Source: a virus. From it: a stretch of DNA of 64,000 bases. This document shows positions 47,991 to 58,000 of this stretch, piece after piece (the stretch's first letter is position 1; every line of letters begins with the position of its first letter). The position numbers and the translations under genes are program-made. The stretch lies in the IMG/VR virus record IMGVR_UViG_3300042544_001941; one strand, written 5' to 3'. A model generated the notes under the pieces. It did no database searches. It saw only the letters and a list, made by a program, of their open reading frames with translations, and had not been told where the DNA came from.

Positions 47991-49883
47991 ATGGCTAGTG
48001 TAACCGCAAAAGATTTAAACAATTTACTTAATAGGTACAAAGGAGACAGAAGTGGTTTCATTAAGGCGTATAGAGCCATTGATGATACTGCATCTGAATC
48101 TGATATTGGTCGATTATATGATACCTCAAATCCCAAATCCGCAGATACTACAACCCCTACAGGTTCAGGTATGGACAATACGGGTCAAATGATTGGTAGT
48201 ATGATTGATGCTGCAAGTTTAAAAAACTCACAACAAACTGCAGGTGAAAACATTGGTATAAAAGGTCTATACGAGGTTGCCATTGATAAATCTACCGGTA
48301 AGTTGAATACCTTTAGTCAAATGGTAGAAAATGTCGGTAAGGGTATTCAAAATTCGATTTATACCGTATTAGAACAACAATCATCTTTACATTCTGAAAT
48401 TAATACCAAACTTGGTATGACTAATCAACTTTCTGAAGATTTCAGAGGTGAGATTACGGACGCATATCCAAATGCAGTTAGATTGGGGTATTCATTTAGT
48501 GAATTAGAACAAACAATGGTTCGACTAATTGATAACGCCGGAACATTTAGACTTGTTAATAGCGAGACTATTAATAGTATGACTGAAACGGGTAGAGTCT
48601 TTTTTAATAGATTAGACGACACCGCTGACGCAGTGAAAGCGTTTCAAGATGTTTCATTAGGTGCGAATGATGCGATGAAAGCAATTGCACAAGCCGGTAA
48701 AGGTTCATTAGAACTCGGTTTAAATTCAAAAACAACTACAGCAACTTTAGTTCAGAATATTGACAAATTAAATCAATTCGGATTTAAAAACGGTGTTCAA
48801 GGACTTAATAGTATGGTTCAAAAAGCACAACAGTTAAAGATGGATATGCAAAGTGTTTATACACTTGCGGAAAAAGTTATGGACCCTGAAAACGCATTAT
48901 CAATGGCTGCGGGTCTTCAAGCTATTGGTGGTGCAATGGGTAGTTTCAGTGACCCAATTAAAATGATGTATGATTCAACAAATAACGTTGAAGATTTACA
49001 AGACGCATTAATCGGTGCTGCAGAATCGTTAGCAACATATAATAGTGAACAAGGAAGATTTGAAGTAACAGGTGCTAACTTAAGAAAAGCACAAGCGATG
49101 GCTAAAGAGTTGGGTATTTCATATTCAGAATTAACAAAACTTTCAGTACAAGCGGCTCAAAGGTCATCAGCAGCTGCGGATTTAATGGCGGCTGGTTTAA
49201 CATTTAATAATGATGAAGATAAAGAGTTCTTAACCAATCTTGCTCAAATGAAAGATGGTAAGATGGTTATTGAGGTTCCGAAAAACTTACAAGAAGCAAT
49301 GGGCGGAACAACTGTAGCGTTGGAATCACTATCGGAAAAACAAAAAGAAACATTATTAACATATAGAGAACAATTTAAAAAGATGTCAATGGAAGACATC
49401 GCAACACAACAAGTTGGATTGGTTGAAAATATCAATAGAGATGTAAACTTTATCGCGGCAGCCGCAAGACTCCAAATGGGAAAGAGTGGTAAAGCAGTGG
49501 TTGACGCGTTAGGTTTCGACCCAATGGAGGTTGCAAAAAAATCAAAAGAAGCGAGTAAGGCCGCGGCTGAAGGAATTAATAGTTTAGGTAACGCAGTTAC
49601 AAGTACTATTAATGATGTTACAAATGTTGAAGGTAGAAAGAAAGCACAAAGTCAAACTGAACCACAAAAACCTGTTGCAGTTGCTGAAGCGGAGAAAGCT
49701 AAAGCAGAAGCTGAAAAGGCTAAAACACAAACATCGAACAATCAATCAGGACAAAAAAATGTAAATCTTAAAGTTACTACTGATGTTAGTGGAGATGAAT
49801 TTACAAGACTCATTATGAAAAATCCTGATATGGCTGGTAAGTTTTTTGATTCTTGGGATTCTTACACCTCGGTACCCCAATAA
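47991..49883 (+). CDS. Tape measure protein (putative)
   Basis: A/G/S/Q-rich helical 630 aa directly after tube and chaperone; late motif at 47964-47971. Confidence 0.7.
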   Translation: MASVTAKDLNNLLNRYKGDRSGFIKAYRAIDDTASESDIGRLYDTSNPKSADTTTPTGSGMDNTGQMIGSMIDAASLKNSQQTAGENIGIKGLYEVAIDKSTGKLNTFSQMVENVGKGIQNSIYTVLEQQSSLHSEINTKLGMTNQLSEDFRGEITDAYPNAVRLGYSFSELEQTMVRLIDNAGTFRLVNSETINSMTETGRVFFNRLDDTADAVKAFQDVSLGANDAMKAIAQAGKGSLELGLNSKTTTATLVQNIDKLNQFGFKNGVQGLNSMVQKAQQLKMDMQSVYTLAEKVMDPENALSMAAGLQAIGGAMGSFSDPIKMMYDSTNNVEDLQDALIGAAESLATYNSEQGRFEVTGANLRKAQAMAKELGISYSELTKLSVQAAQRSSAAADLMAAGLTFNNDEDKEFLTNLAQMKDGKMVIEVPKNLQEAMGGTTVALESLSEKQKETLLTYREQFKKMSMEDIATQQVGLVENINRDVNFIAAAARLQMGKSGKAVVDALGFDPMEVAKKSKEASKAAAEGINSLGNAVTSTINDVTNVEGRKKAQSQTEPQKPVAVAEAEKAKAEAEKAKTQTSNNQSGQKNVNLKVTTDVSGDEFTRLIMKNPDMAGKFFDSWDSYTSVPQ

Positions 49884-49924
49884 ATTTTTAATATAACACC
49901 TATTTATAGGTAAAGAAAAACATA

Positions 49925-52900
49925 ATGCCAAGCTACGTAGATTTTGATTCAACTAAAAGATTTAGGGATTACATATTAGGTAAGAATTTATCTGTTCCAA
50001 ATGGTCCACAAACCTTTAATGCTGGTTCATATACGATTCAGAATCTAAGTGACTCACCTGTTCCTAATTTAGGGGATGTTGAAGCGGAAAGAACAATCAG
50101 TTTAGATAACACTCAAAATTTAAATATTTTCAAACCTTTAGAGTATTTCGTTAGAGAAACTTTAGATAATATTCCAAGAAGAGCTAACTTGGCTTTATAC
50201 CCATATTTTAGAGGAGGTCAAGATTATAACATTATTGGAATAATGTCAACAAGTAACTACGATACTGAATCTGAGTTATTTAAGTTTGCAGCAAATAATA
50301 TTAAAAACAATCCTAATGGTCCTGTATTTGCGAGAATACAACAAAATTTATACGCGGCAACTGTTGGTAGAGTTAGATTAATTGATGCGTTACAAGGTAA
50401 CACAACAACTGCAATTAATATTGTTACAGGTAGAGAACCATTAGTTGAATTCAATAATAAAATAACAGTTGCAAAAACCTTACCCGGTAAAGCAATTGAT
50501 TTTTTACAAACAGTTTCAGGTGTTGAATTTCCTTGGAGCGAGGTTCCTGGTGATTATTTAACAAACCCAAGAAATCCTGTAAATGTTAGACCTGTTGCAC
50601 AAAACGAAGCTCAGGCTATACTTCAGGATGTTACAGGTGCTATAGGTTCTTTAATTGGTATACAAAGAAGACCAAAGGCATCAAGAAAACCTTCAGACTT
50701 ATTCATTGAATATATGGGTGAAGGTCAAAGACAAAGATTATATGATTTATTATCATATTCAACATACGCACCTAACTATACAACAACCGCAAGGTCCCAA
50801 CAATCATCAAAAATATTTTCTTTTGTTGATAAAATAGCTTCAGGTGTTAAAAATCTTTTAGGTGTTGAAGCACCAAAAGGTAGAGCATACATTGGAGATG
50901 ACAGAGGTAACGATGTCAAATTTGCAATGAATGATTTTAATGATAGACCCGTAAGAAGTAATTTTTATTTGTCATCAATGTTTGACCCAATCCAAGCGGG
51001 GTTATTTCAAAGAAAAAGAAATATTACTGAAGGTGGACCGATTGGTGGTAAACTGACTTGGATTAGTCAAAAATCAACTAATAAGATTGGTGAACACAAC
51101 AAAGAATTTGCGTCAGAACAATCACAATACGCGGGAACATTATCAACAAACTTTAGATTTAGAGATGATTCAATATTAGGTGTAACACAAGATTTACTTA
51201 ACACATTACCATTTAATGGTATAGAACAAAGGTCACACGTTGCAAATGTAATTGACCAAACAAGTAGAGTCTTTAGAGATGGTAATACCGTTATGTCGAG
51301 AGGTTCTAATGTTAAGTACGTTAATATGTACTCAGGAGAAGAAAGTGGTGTTGAATATTGTAGAGTATGGACCAAAGATAGGTCACACTTGAATTATTCT
51401 GACACGATGAAAAGAACAGGTCTTATTAGAAAGTACGATTCATCTGTAATGTCAACACCTTACAATTTAAACATATATCCAAATTCGGATGGTAAATCAT
51501 CATTTGATGGGTCAACAAATATTGTAAAAGGTAATGGAGGATTCTACGCTAAGAAATATATGTTCTCAATTGAGAACTTAGCTTGGAAAACATCTAACAT
51601 ACCAGGTTTTACATATAACGATTTACCTTATTGTGAAAGAGGTAACAATGGTGGACGTGTTATGTGGTTCCCACCTTACGATTTAAAGGTGAGTGAACAA
51701 AACGCAGCTAGATGGGAGGAAAATACTTTCCTTGGTAGACCCGAACCAATTTTTACTTATCAAAATACAACAAGAAATGGTAGTGTCTCTTTTAAAATAG
51801 TAGTCGACCACCCAAGTATTTTGAACTTATTAGTTAGAGAACATTTTAAAGGTATGTCAGATGAAGAGGCTGACAATTATATTAATGCATTTTTTGCGGG
51901 ATGTGAAGATTTAGATTTTTATTCTTTAATTAGAAAATATACAACATTAGACCAAAGTGATATCGAAAACATTCAAAGGTATCTTTCATTTTCAAATGAC
52001 CCAAAAATTATTGAAAAAGTAAGAACAGTAATTGACCCTGTTAAAGATTTAAATGTTCCTGATGTTCCAGGTTCTACACCAACTAAAAGTGATAGTTCAG
52101 AAAATAATGATGCGGGCGGTCCCGTAAATAAAAAGTTTATTCTTTATTTTAAAAATGACTATCCTAAAAAAGATTCGGGAGAATTACAAGGTAAAAGATT
52201 TAAAGAAGAATATGAACTTTATCAAAGAAGTGCGTATTTGGAAGAATTAGAACAGGGATTATTAACCGGTGATGATGCATTATTTAACCCTAGTCACGCT
52301 TGGGGACCTAAAAGTCAAAACGATTATAAAATTCTTTATAATGAAGAAACCAAAGTAAGACCGACTGATGCTAAGATTGCTGAATTAACAGGTAAAACCG
52401 TTAGTGAAATAAACAAAGCGTTTGATACATTAACATCAACATATAGTGGATACACAAAAACATTAAGTGATATTAAGGGTTTATTGAAAGATAAAAAAAT
52501 TCAAGAAATCAAATTATCACTTCAATCGACAACATCATTTCTTGCCGATAACACATACAATTTAAAACTTTCATATAGAAGAAGTTCAAGTATCATAAAA
52601 GACATACTTGAAAATATAAAAGGTGAAGGTTCAAAATATGATACATCAAGTGTAAAATGGGGAAAAACACCAAACGAAAAAGATAAAGAAATAGTAGATG
52701 AAATTCCTGCAATTAAATTCAGAGATTTGGGTTATGATTATGATGGTGAATTAAAATTTAATTTCGTTTCAAATAAAGGTGAACAATTTAAAACGACAAT
52801 TTCAGGTGATAAAAACATTGATTGTCACAATCAAGAAATTAAAAGTAACAAAGACTTACAAAGAACAGCACCTGTTACATTTTATTGTAGAGAAACAACT

Positions 52901-54739
52901 GTAGGTATTTCATATAAAACAAAACCTGCAGATAATCCTGCACCTGTACCTACCCCACCACCTGTACCGACTCCACCACCTAATGTACCACCGGTAAATG
53001 TTATTCCTGTTCAAGAACAAGGTAAGAGAGAAAAACCACCACTTGACGAATTAAAGAGAATTATAATGAAGACTTTGGGTGAGTGTTATTACTTCAAACA
53101 ATTAGAAGAAACATCACCTGTTGCGTTTAGTTCATTAAAAGAGAAGTTAAAGTACTTCCATCCGGCGTTTCACTCAACAACACCTGAAGGATTGAATACA
53201 CGTTTAACTTTCTTACAACAATGTATTAGACCTGGTGACACAATACCAATTAAAGGTATTAATGATGAGACGGACTTACCGGCTAGAAATACTACGTTTG
53301 GACCACCACCAATTTGTATTATGAGAGTTGGAGATTTTTATCACTCTAAAGTTATTATTAGAGATGTAAACATTCAATTTGATAATTCACCTTGGGACTT
53401 AAACCCTGAAGGTATTGGTATACAACCGATGATTGCAGATGTAACAATGCAAGTTAGTTTTATCGGTGGTCACGGAATGGAAAGACCTGTTGAAAGATTA
53501 CAGAATGCGTTATCATCAAACTTCTATGCAAATACCGAAGTATATGATTATAGAGCAACTGCGACTGAAGACAGAACTAAATTTAATAAACAAGAACTTG
53601 AAAAATTGTCAGGACTTAAAACCCCTGTACCAACCAACTTAATTCCAACACCTAATCCTGAAAGTCCAAATAACGTTTCAAGAGGTCAATATCTTGGTGA
53701 TTTAACAGGTAAGGTATTGAATTATGACAAGTTGATAAAAAATGTTTATGGTGGAACAACAAATTATTACACCTCATATATTCAAGCTATAAGTAATATC
53801 ACAAAAAAATACGGAAGTAAAATCGCTAGTACATTTTTCTCACCTGTTTATAGGGAGGTAAAAGATTTTACAATTAAAAAGGTTGACAATAGTAATAATG
53901 TTACTGATTTAAATGTACAATTATTTGGACAACAAAAAAGTGTGAACAAATATACGAGTTATATATTAACAGCATTTAGAGTTAAAATGAGTAATAAATT
54001 ATCAGCAACAAATATTACTACAATGTTTGGTTTAAATGACGTTTTAAATAAACCATTAACAGATTATACTGAAACTTATTTAAAACCAATAGTTGCGGAT
54101 GAATTAACTAAAATATTAAAAGAGGCCGCCGACGATAAAACGGCGATTGAACTTGAAACTAAAAGAAATGATTTAATTGCGAATTTAGACAAACTTAATT
54201 TTGTTATAGATACAACCCACGACGGTAAAGTCTCAGATAGTAATGTTTTTTCAGGAGCAACATTTGATTACGCGTCTTCAACAGGATTCACTAAAAATAA
54301 AATCTACAGTAGTTATTCAAATTGTGTAGAATTTATTGAGAAAAATGAACCAAAAATGTTAGTAGATATTGATACTACATTAACATTTGATAAAGAAATG
54401 ACAATATCCGACGATAATTTTAAAGAGTTTGTTAGTTTATTACTTTATAGTAAAAAACAAGTTCTTTTAGATACACTAACCAAAAAAGATTCCGTAAATT
54501 TTAATGATGGGGTAATTAAGACTATTGATAAAAAATTAACCAAATTTTTTGTAGAACCAAAAGCGATTAACGTTAAAGTTGGAAAATATCCTGAACCTAA
54601 AAACACTAACAAAGTTGAATTTCAAGTTGTAAATGAGGACTTTGTTTTGTCAGGAGAAACTAAAACCAACTTAATAAAACTACATTCTGCAGATGTTAGG
54701 TTAGGAGATAAATTAAACTACTATAAAAAGAAAAAATGA
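49925..54739 (+). CDS. Giant baseplate/tail-tube initiator protein with an inserted OmpA-like domain
   Basis: WFPPYDL..SE...W....FLGRPEPIFTYQNTTR, PPICIMRVGDFY...PWDLNPEG; YNLKLSYRRSSSI. Confidence 0.7.
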   Translation: MPSYVDFDSTKRFRDYILGKNLSVPNGPQTFNAGSYTIQNLSDSPVPNLGDVEAERTISLDNTQNLNIFKPLEYFVRETLDNIPRRANLALYPYFRGGQDYNIIGIMSTSNYDTESELFKFAANNIKNNPNGPVFARIQQNLYAATVGRVRLIDALQGNTTTAINIVTGREPLVEFNNKITVAKTLPGKAIDFLQTVSGVEFPWSEVPGDYLTNPRNPVNVRPVAQNEAQAILQDVTGAIGSLIGIQRRPKASRKPSDLFIEYMGEGQRQRLYDLLSYSTYAPNYTTTARSQQSSKIFSFVDKIASGVKNLLGVEAPKGRAYIGDDRGNDVKFAMNDFNDRPVRSNFYLSSMFDPIQAGLFQRKRNITEGGPIGGKLTWISQKSTNKIGEHNKEFASEQSQYAGTLSTNFRFRDDSILGVTQDLLNTLPFNGIEQRSHVANVIDQTSRVFRDGNTVMSRGSNVKYVNMYSGEESGVEYCRVWTKDRSHLNYSDTMKRTGLIRKYDSSVMSTPYNLNIYPNSDGKSSFDGSTNIVKGNGGFYAKKYMFSIENLAWKTSNIPGFTYNDLPYCERGNNGGRVMWFPPYDLKVSEQNAARWEENTFLGRPEPIFTYQNTTRNGSVSFKIVVDHPSILNLLVREHFKGMSDEEADNYINAFFAGCEDLDFYSLIRKYTTLDQSDIENIQRYLSFSNDPKIIEKVRTVIDPVKDLNVPDVPGSTPTKSDSSENNDAGGPVNKKFILYFKNDYPKKDSGELQGKRFKEEYELYQRSAYLEELEQGLLTGDDALFNPSHAWGPKSQNDYKILYNEETKVRPTDAKIAELTGKTVSEINKAFDTLTSTYSGYTKTLSDIKGLLKDKKIQEIKLSLQSTTSFLADNTYNLKLSYRRSSSIIKDILENIKGEGSKYDTSSVKWGKTPNEKDKEIVDEIPAIKFRDLGYDYDGELKFNFVSNKGEQFKTTISGDKNIDCHNQEIKSNKDLQRTAPVTFYCRETTVGISYKTKPADNPAPVPTPPPVPTPPPNVPPVNVIPVQEQGKREKPPLDELKRIIMKTLGECYYFKQLEETSPVAFSSLKEKLKYFHPAFHSTTPEGLNTRLTFLQQCIRPGDTIPIKGINDETDLPARNTTFGPPPICIMRVGDFYHSKVIIRDVNIQFDNSPWDLNPEGIGIQPMIADVTMQVSFIGGHGMERPVERLQNALSSNFYANTEVYDYRATATEDRTKFNKQELEKLSGLKTPVPTNLIPTPNPESPNNVSRGQYLGDLTGKVLNYDKLIKNVYGGTTNYYTSYIQAISNITKKYGSKIASTFFSPVYREVKDFTIKKVDNSNNVTDLNVQLFGQQKSVNKYTSYILTAFRVKMSNKLSATNITTMFGLNDVLNKPLTDYTETYLKPIVADELTKILKEAADDKTAIELETKRNDLIANLDKLNFVIDTTHDGKVSDSNVFSGATFDYASSTGFTKNKIYSSYSNCVEFIEKNEPKMLVDIDTTLTFDKEMTISDDNFKEFVSLLLYSKKQVLLDTLTKKDSVNFNDGVIKTIDKKLTKFFVEPKAINVKVGKYPEPKNTNKVEFQVVNEDFVLSGETKTNLIKLHSADVRLGDKLNYYKKKK

Positions 54740-55059
54740 GTAATCAATATTTTGATAGATACCAATATTTTATAGATGACGGTAGTTTTAAAATAATGCC
54801 AGGCATTGAAATACCAATTAAGTCTACTGACAAGTATTTTCAATATAAAAAAGGTAAAGATAGACTTGATAAAGCGTCACAGGAATATTACGGAACACCA
54901 TATTTTGGTTGGTTAATTATGTTAGCTAACCCAATGGCTGGTAGTGTTGAATTTGAAATTCAAGATAATTTTGTTATTAGAGTTCCATTTCCATTAGTAA
55001 CGACTTTACAAGACTATAAAAGAGGAGTAGAATTGTATAAGTTATATTATGGCGAGTAA
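54736..55059 (+). CDS. Baseplate wedge protein (gp53/LysM-like)
   Basis: DRLDKASQEYYGTPYFGWLIMLANP...IRVP. Confidence 0.75.
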   Translation: MSNQYFDRYQYFIDDGSFKIMPGIEIPIKSTDKYFQYKKGKDRLDKASQEYYGTPYFGWLIMLANPMAGSVEFEIQDNFVIRVPFPLVTTLQDYKRGVELYKLYYGE

Positions 55060-58000
55060 AAAAGGAAACACAAACGATATATTAGTTAAGGTCGACCAAA
55101 ACAATTTAATGTACATCGACCCTAATAGCGTTGTGTCCGATGGTCAAGTCTTATCAAGAGAAAGTAAACCAGAAGAACTCGTAATGTATGTAAATCTTGA
55201 GGCGGACCTAATTCCAAGAACAACTTTGGTAACAGGTAATGAAGCAAGTACATTAACATCAATTGCAAAGGGTACTTTCAATTTAATGAGAAATGCGGAA
55301 GGAAGAGACTTTGATTCAAAGTGGACCGACGCATATACTGAATATGACCAAAAAACAAAAAAAGATAAGGACGGAAATAAAATACCAACAGGTGACTTTT
55401 ATCAATTTGATAGTACCGCTCAAAGTTTTGGTATTGAAAGTATTAACGTACAAATACAGGGTGTCAACGTAATACCACAAGTCAATATTAAATTTGTGGA
55501 TGTTAGAGGTAAGACACTTTTTGAGTCTCCTGAAAATTCACCATATAAAGCATTTTTCCATTTACCTTGGCCGATTTTTTACTTAACCATAAAAGGTTAT
55601 TATGGAAAGGCGATAAGATACAGACTTCACTTAGTTAAGTTCAATTCACGATTCAACTCAACAAATGGTAACTTTGAAATAGAAACGACGTTTGTTGGTT
55701 CAACATATGCATATCTAAATGATATTCCGTTGGATGGTATAATGGAAGCACCATATATGTACCCAATTGAAAGTATTAGAGATGGTAAGTTTAATGAGAA
55801 AACAAAAAAATATGATAAGGTAGTTAGAAAAACAAGTAGAGGCTTAACAGTTTTAAAATCCGTTTATGCTGAGTATAGACAAAAAGGACTACTACCAAAA
55901 ACCTTCCCCGATAAAACATTAAGGGAAGTTATTAAAATTGCACAAAGATTAGAAAGTATTTTGGAAGAAGAAATATTTTCAAAAACTGCAGACCCAAAAG
56001 TATTAAATGGTATTCGTGAGTTTGATAACGTTTTAAAAAACTTTGAAAAGGCTCTATTATCTTGGAAATCAAGAAACTTAAGCGCTGAATTTTTTAGAAA
56101 AGAACCAAATGAAGAAATAGAATGGAACGTATTATTAGAGAAAAGTAAACCTGCAACTTCATTAGCGATGCTTACGGGGTCAACACCCGGTACGTTAGAG
56201 TTATTAATCAAAACTAACGTACAAGCTATGGACAATAACCAAGCGTTTGGTAAAAATAGAGATGTAAAATTATTAAAAGATAAAACTATTAGTACAAGAA
56301 CAATCTCAGGAAATGCGTTATTGAATATTAAAAACTTTTACAAGATAGATTCCAAAATTGGTGTTGACATAAATGGAATGTTACAGACATTGTATACAAT
56401 TCAGAAAGACTACATTGAAGAAAGAAACAAATTAGAACAACTAATCGAGAAAAAAATGAACGATATCATCAAAAGAAGAGATATCGGAATTGGATTTGAA
56501 CCAACGATTCGTAATGTCGTGGGTTTAATTCTTGCAAGTGCTGACACATATATTAGATTATTAAAAGATACACATTATAAAGCGTTTCAAGTTTCAGAAC
56601 AAAGAAAAGATATTCTTAACTCAGTATCAACAGATAGTGTTGGTGAATCAATATATCCTTGGCCTGAAGTTAAAAAACCTGCAACGGGTAAAAAACAAAA
56701 TGTTTTAGTTTACCCCGGTTCTTTTGAAATGTCAAAAAAACTACAGAGTTATGATAAGAAATTGTGGCCTGAAGTTGATTTTGTCGAAAACTATCACGCA
56801 GTATCCACCAAAAAAGTTGAGAGTAATGACTCAAACGAAAATGGTCCTGATTTAATTGACTATATAACAAACAACGATTCTGAATCATTACAAAGAAGAG
56901 ATATCAGTATGTTAACACATTTAAACAATGCGATTCCATACGAAGATAAATCAATTGCTTCTATACTATATGAAATATGGGAAAGAGCAACATATATTAC
57001 AACTATAGATTCATTTAGTAACAATACAATACAAGAATTGGCATTGTTAGAATTTGATAATCTTAAAAATAGAATTGCTGAAGATTTTGATATTATTGAA
57101 ATTTTAAAAACATCGGTTAAAAATCCTGAAGATTTAAAGAAATATATGTTAGGATTTTCGGCCTATGAAAGATATCCATATTACGAAGACCAACTCCCAA
57201 CTATACCGTATATTAGGGAGTCTTTGGAAGCGGATTTTAAAGTTGAAAAATACGTACCTAAAAATAAATCTTTGGATAACAATAGATATTATCCAAACTT
57301 AGCACAAAACTTAATTAACTATGTTGGTGAGGAGTATAGAGTAAACATATACCCTTTTAATTCAACTGAATATAGTTACAGTTTATTATCTTCAGGATTT
57401 ACTAAAAACCAAATACACCTTAAAGGTATGGTTAGGTTAAATACTGTTGAAGATTTTATTTCTTCATCAATTGAACCTGAAATGTGGGTATGGTCTGACC
57501 CTGTGGAATATGTTGTTGATGTATCAGGAAGTACATCAAGAAACACTAAAACAGGTAGAAACTTATTTAATAATTATATCTTTTTTGATACAGTAGATTA
57601 TCAAAACGCACCTACCACGGATTATAGGATGATGATTAATACTCCGTATTTTCATAAACAACTATACAATGATTATCAAAATAGAACATCAAAAGGAAGA
57701 TATGCTGGTTCTGCTTACTTACTCTTAAATCAATTAAACTTTAAAGACTTAGCACATCCATTAAAAGATAATTTAAACATTGGATTACAAGCGGTTATAA
57801 ACACAAATGATGAAGGAGTTTTAATGTCTTCAATGTTTAGAGAGATTGGAGCTACTCATTATGTACCATATCATTTAATATTAAAGTGGGGTGCGTTATA
57901 TCATAGATATAAAAAACACATATTAGAAGGTGTGGATATTTTATCAGGTATAACTGAACCAATTGACACTAATTTGTTTTACGATTTAAATCAAAACAGA

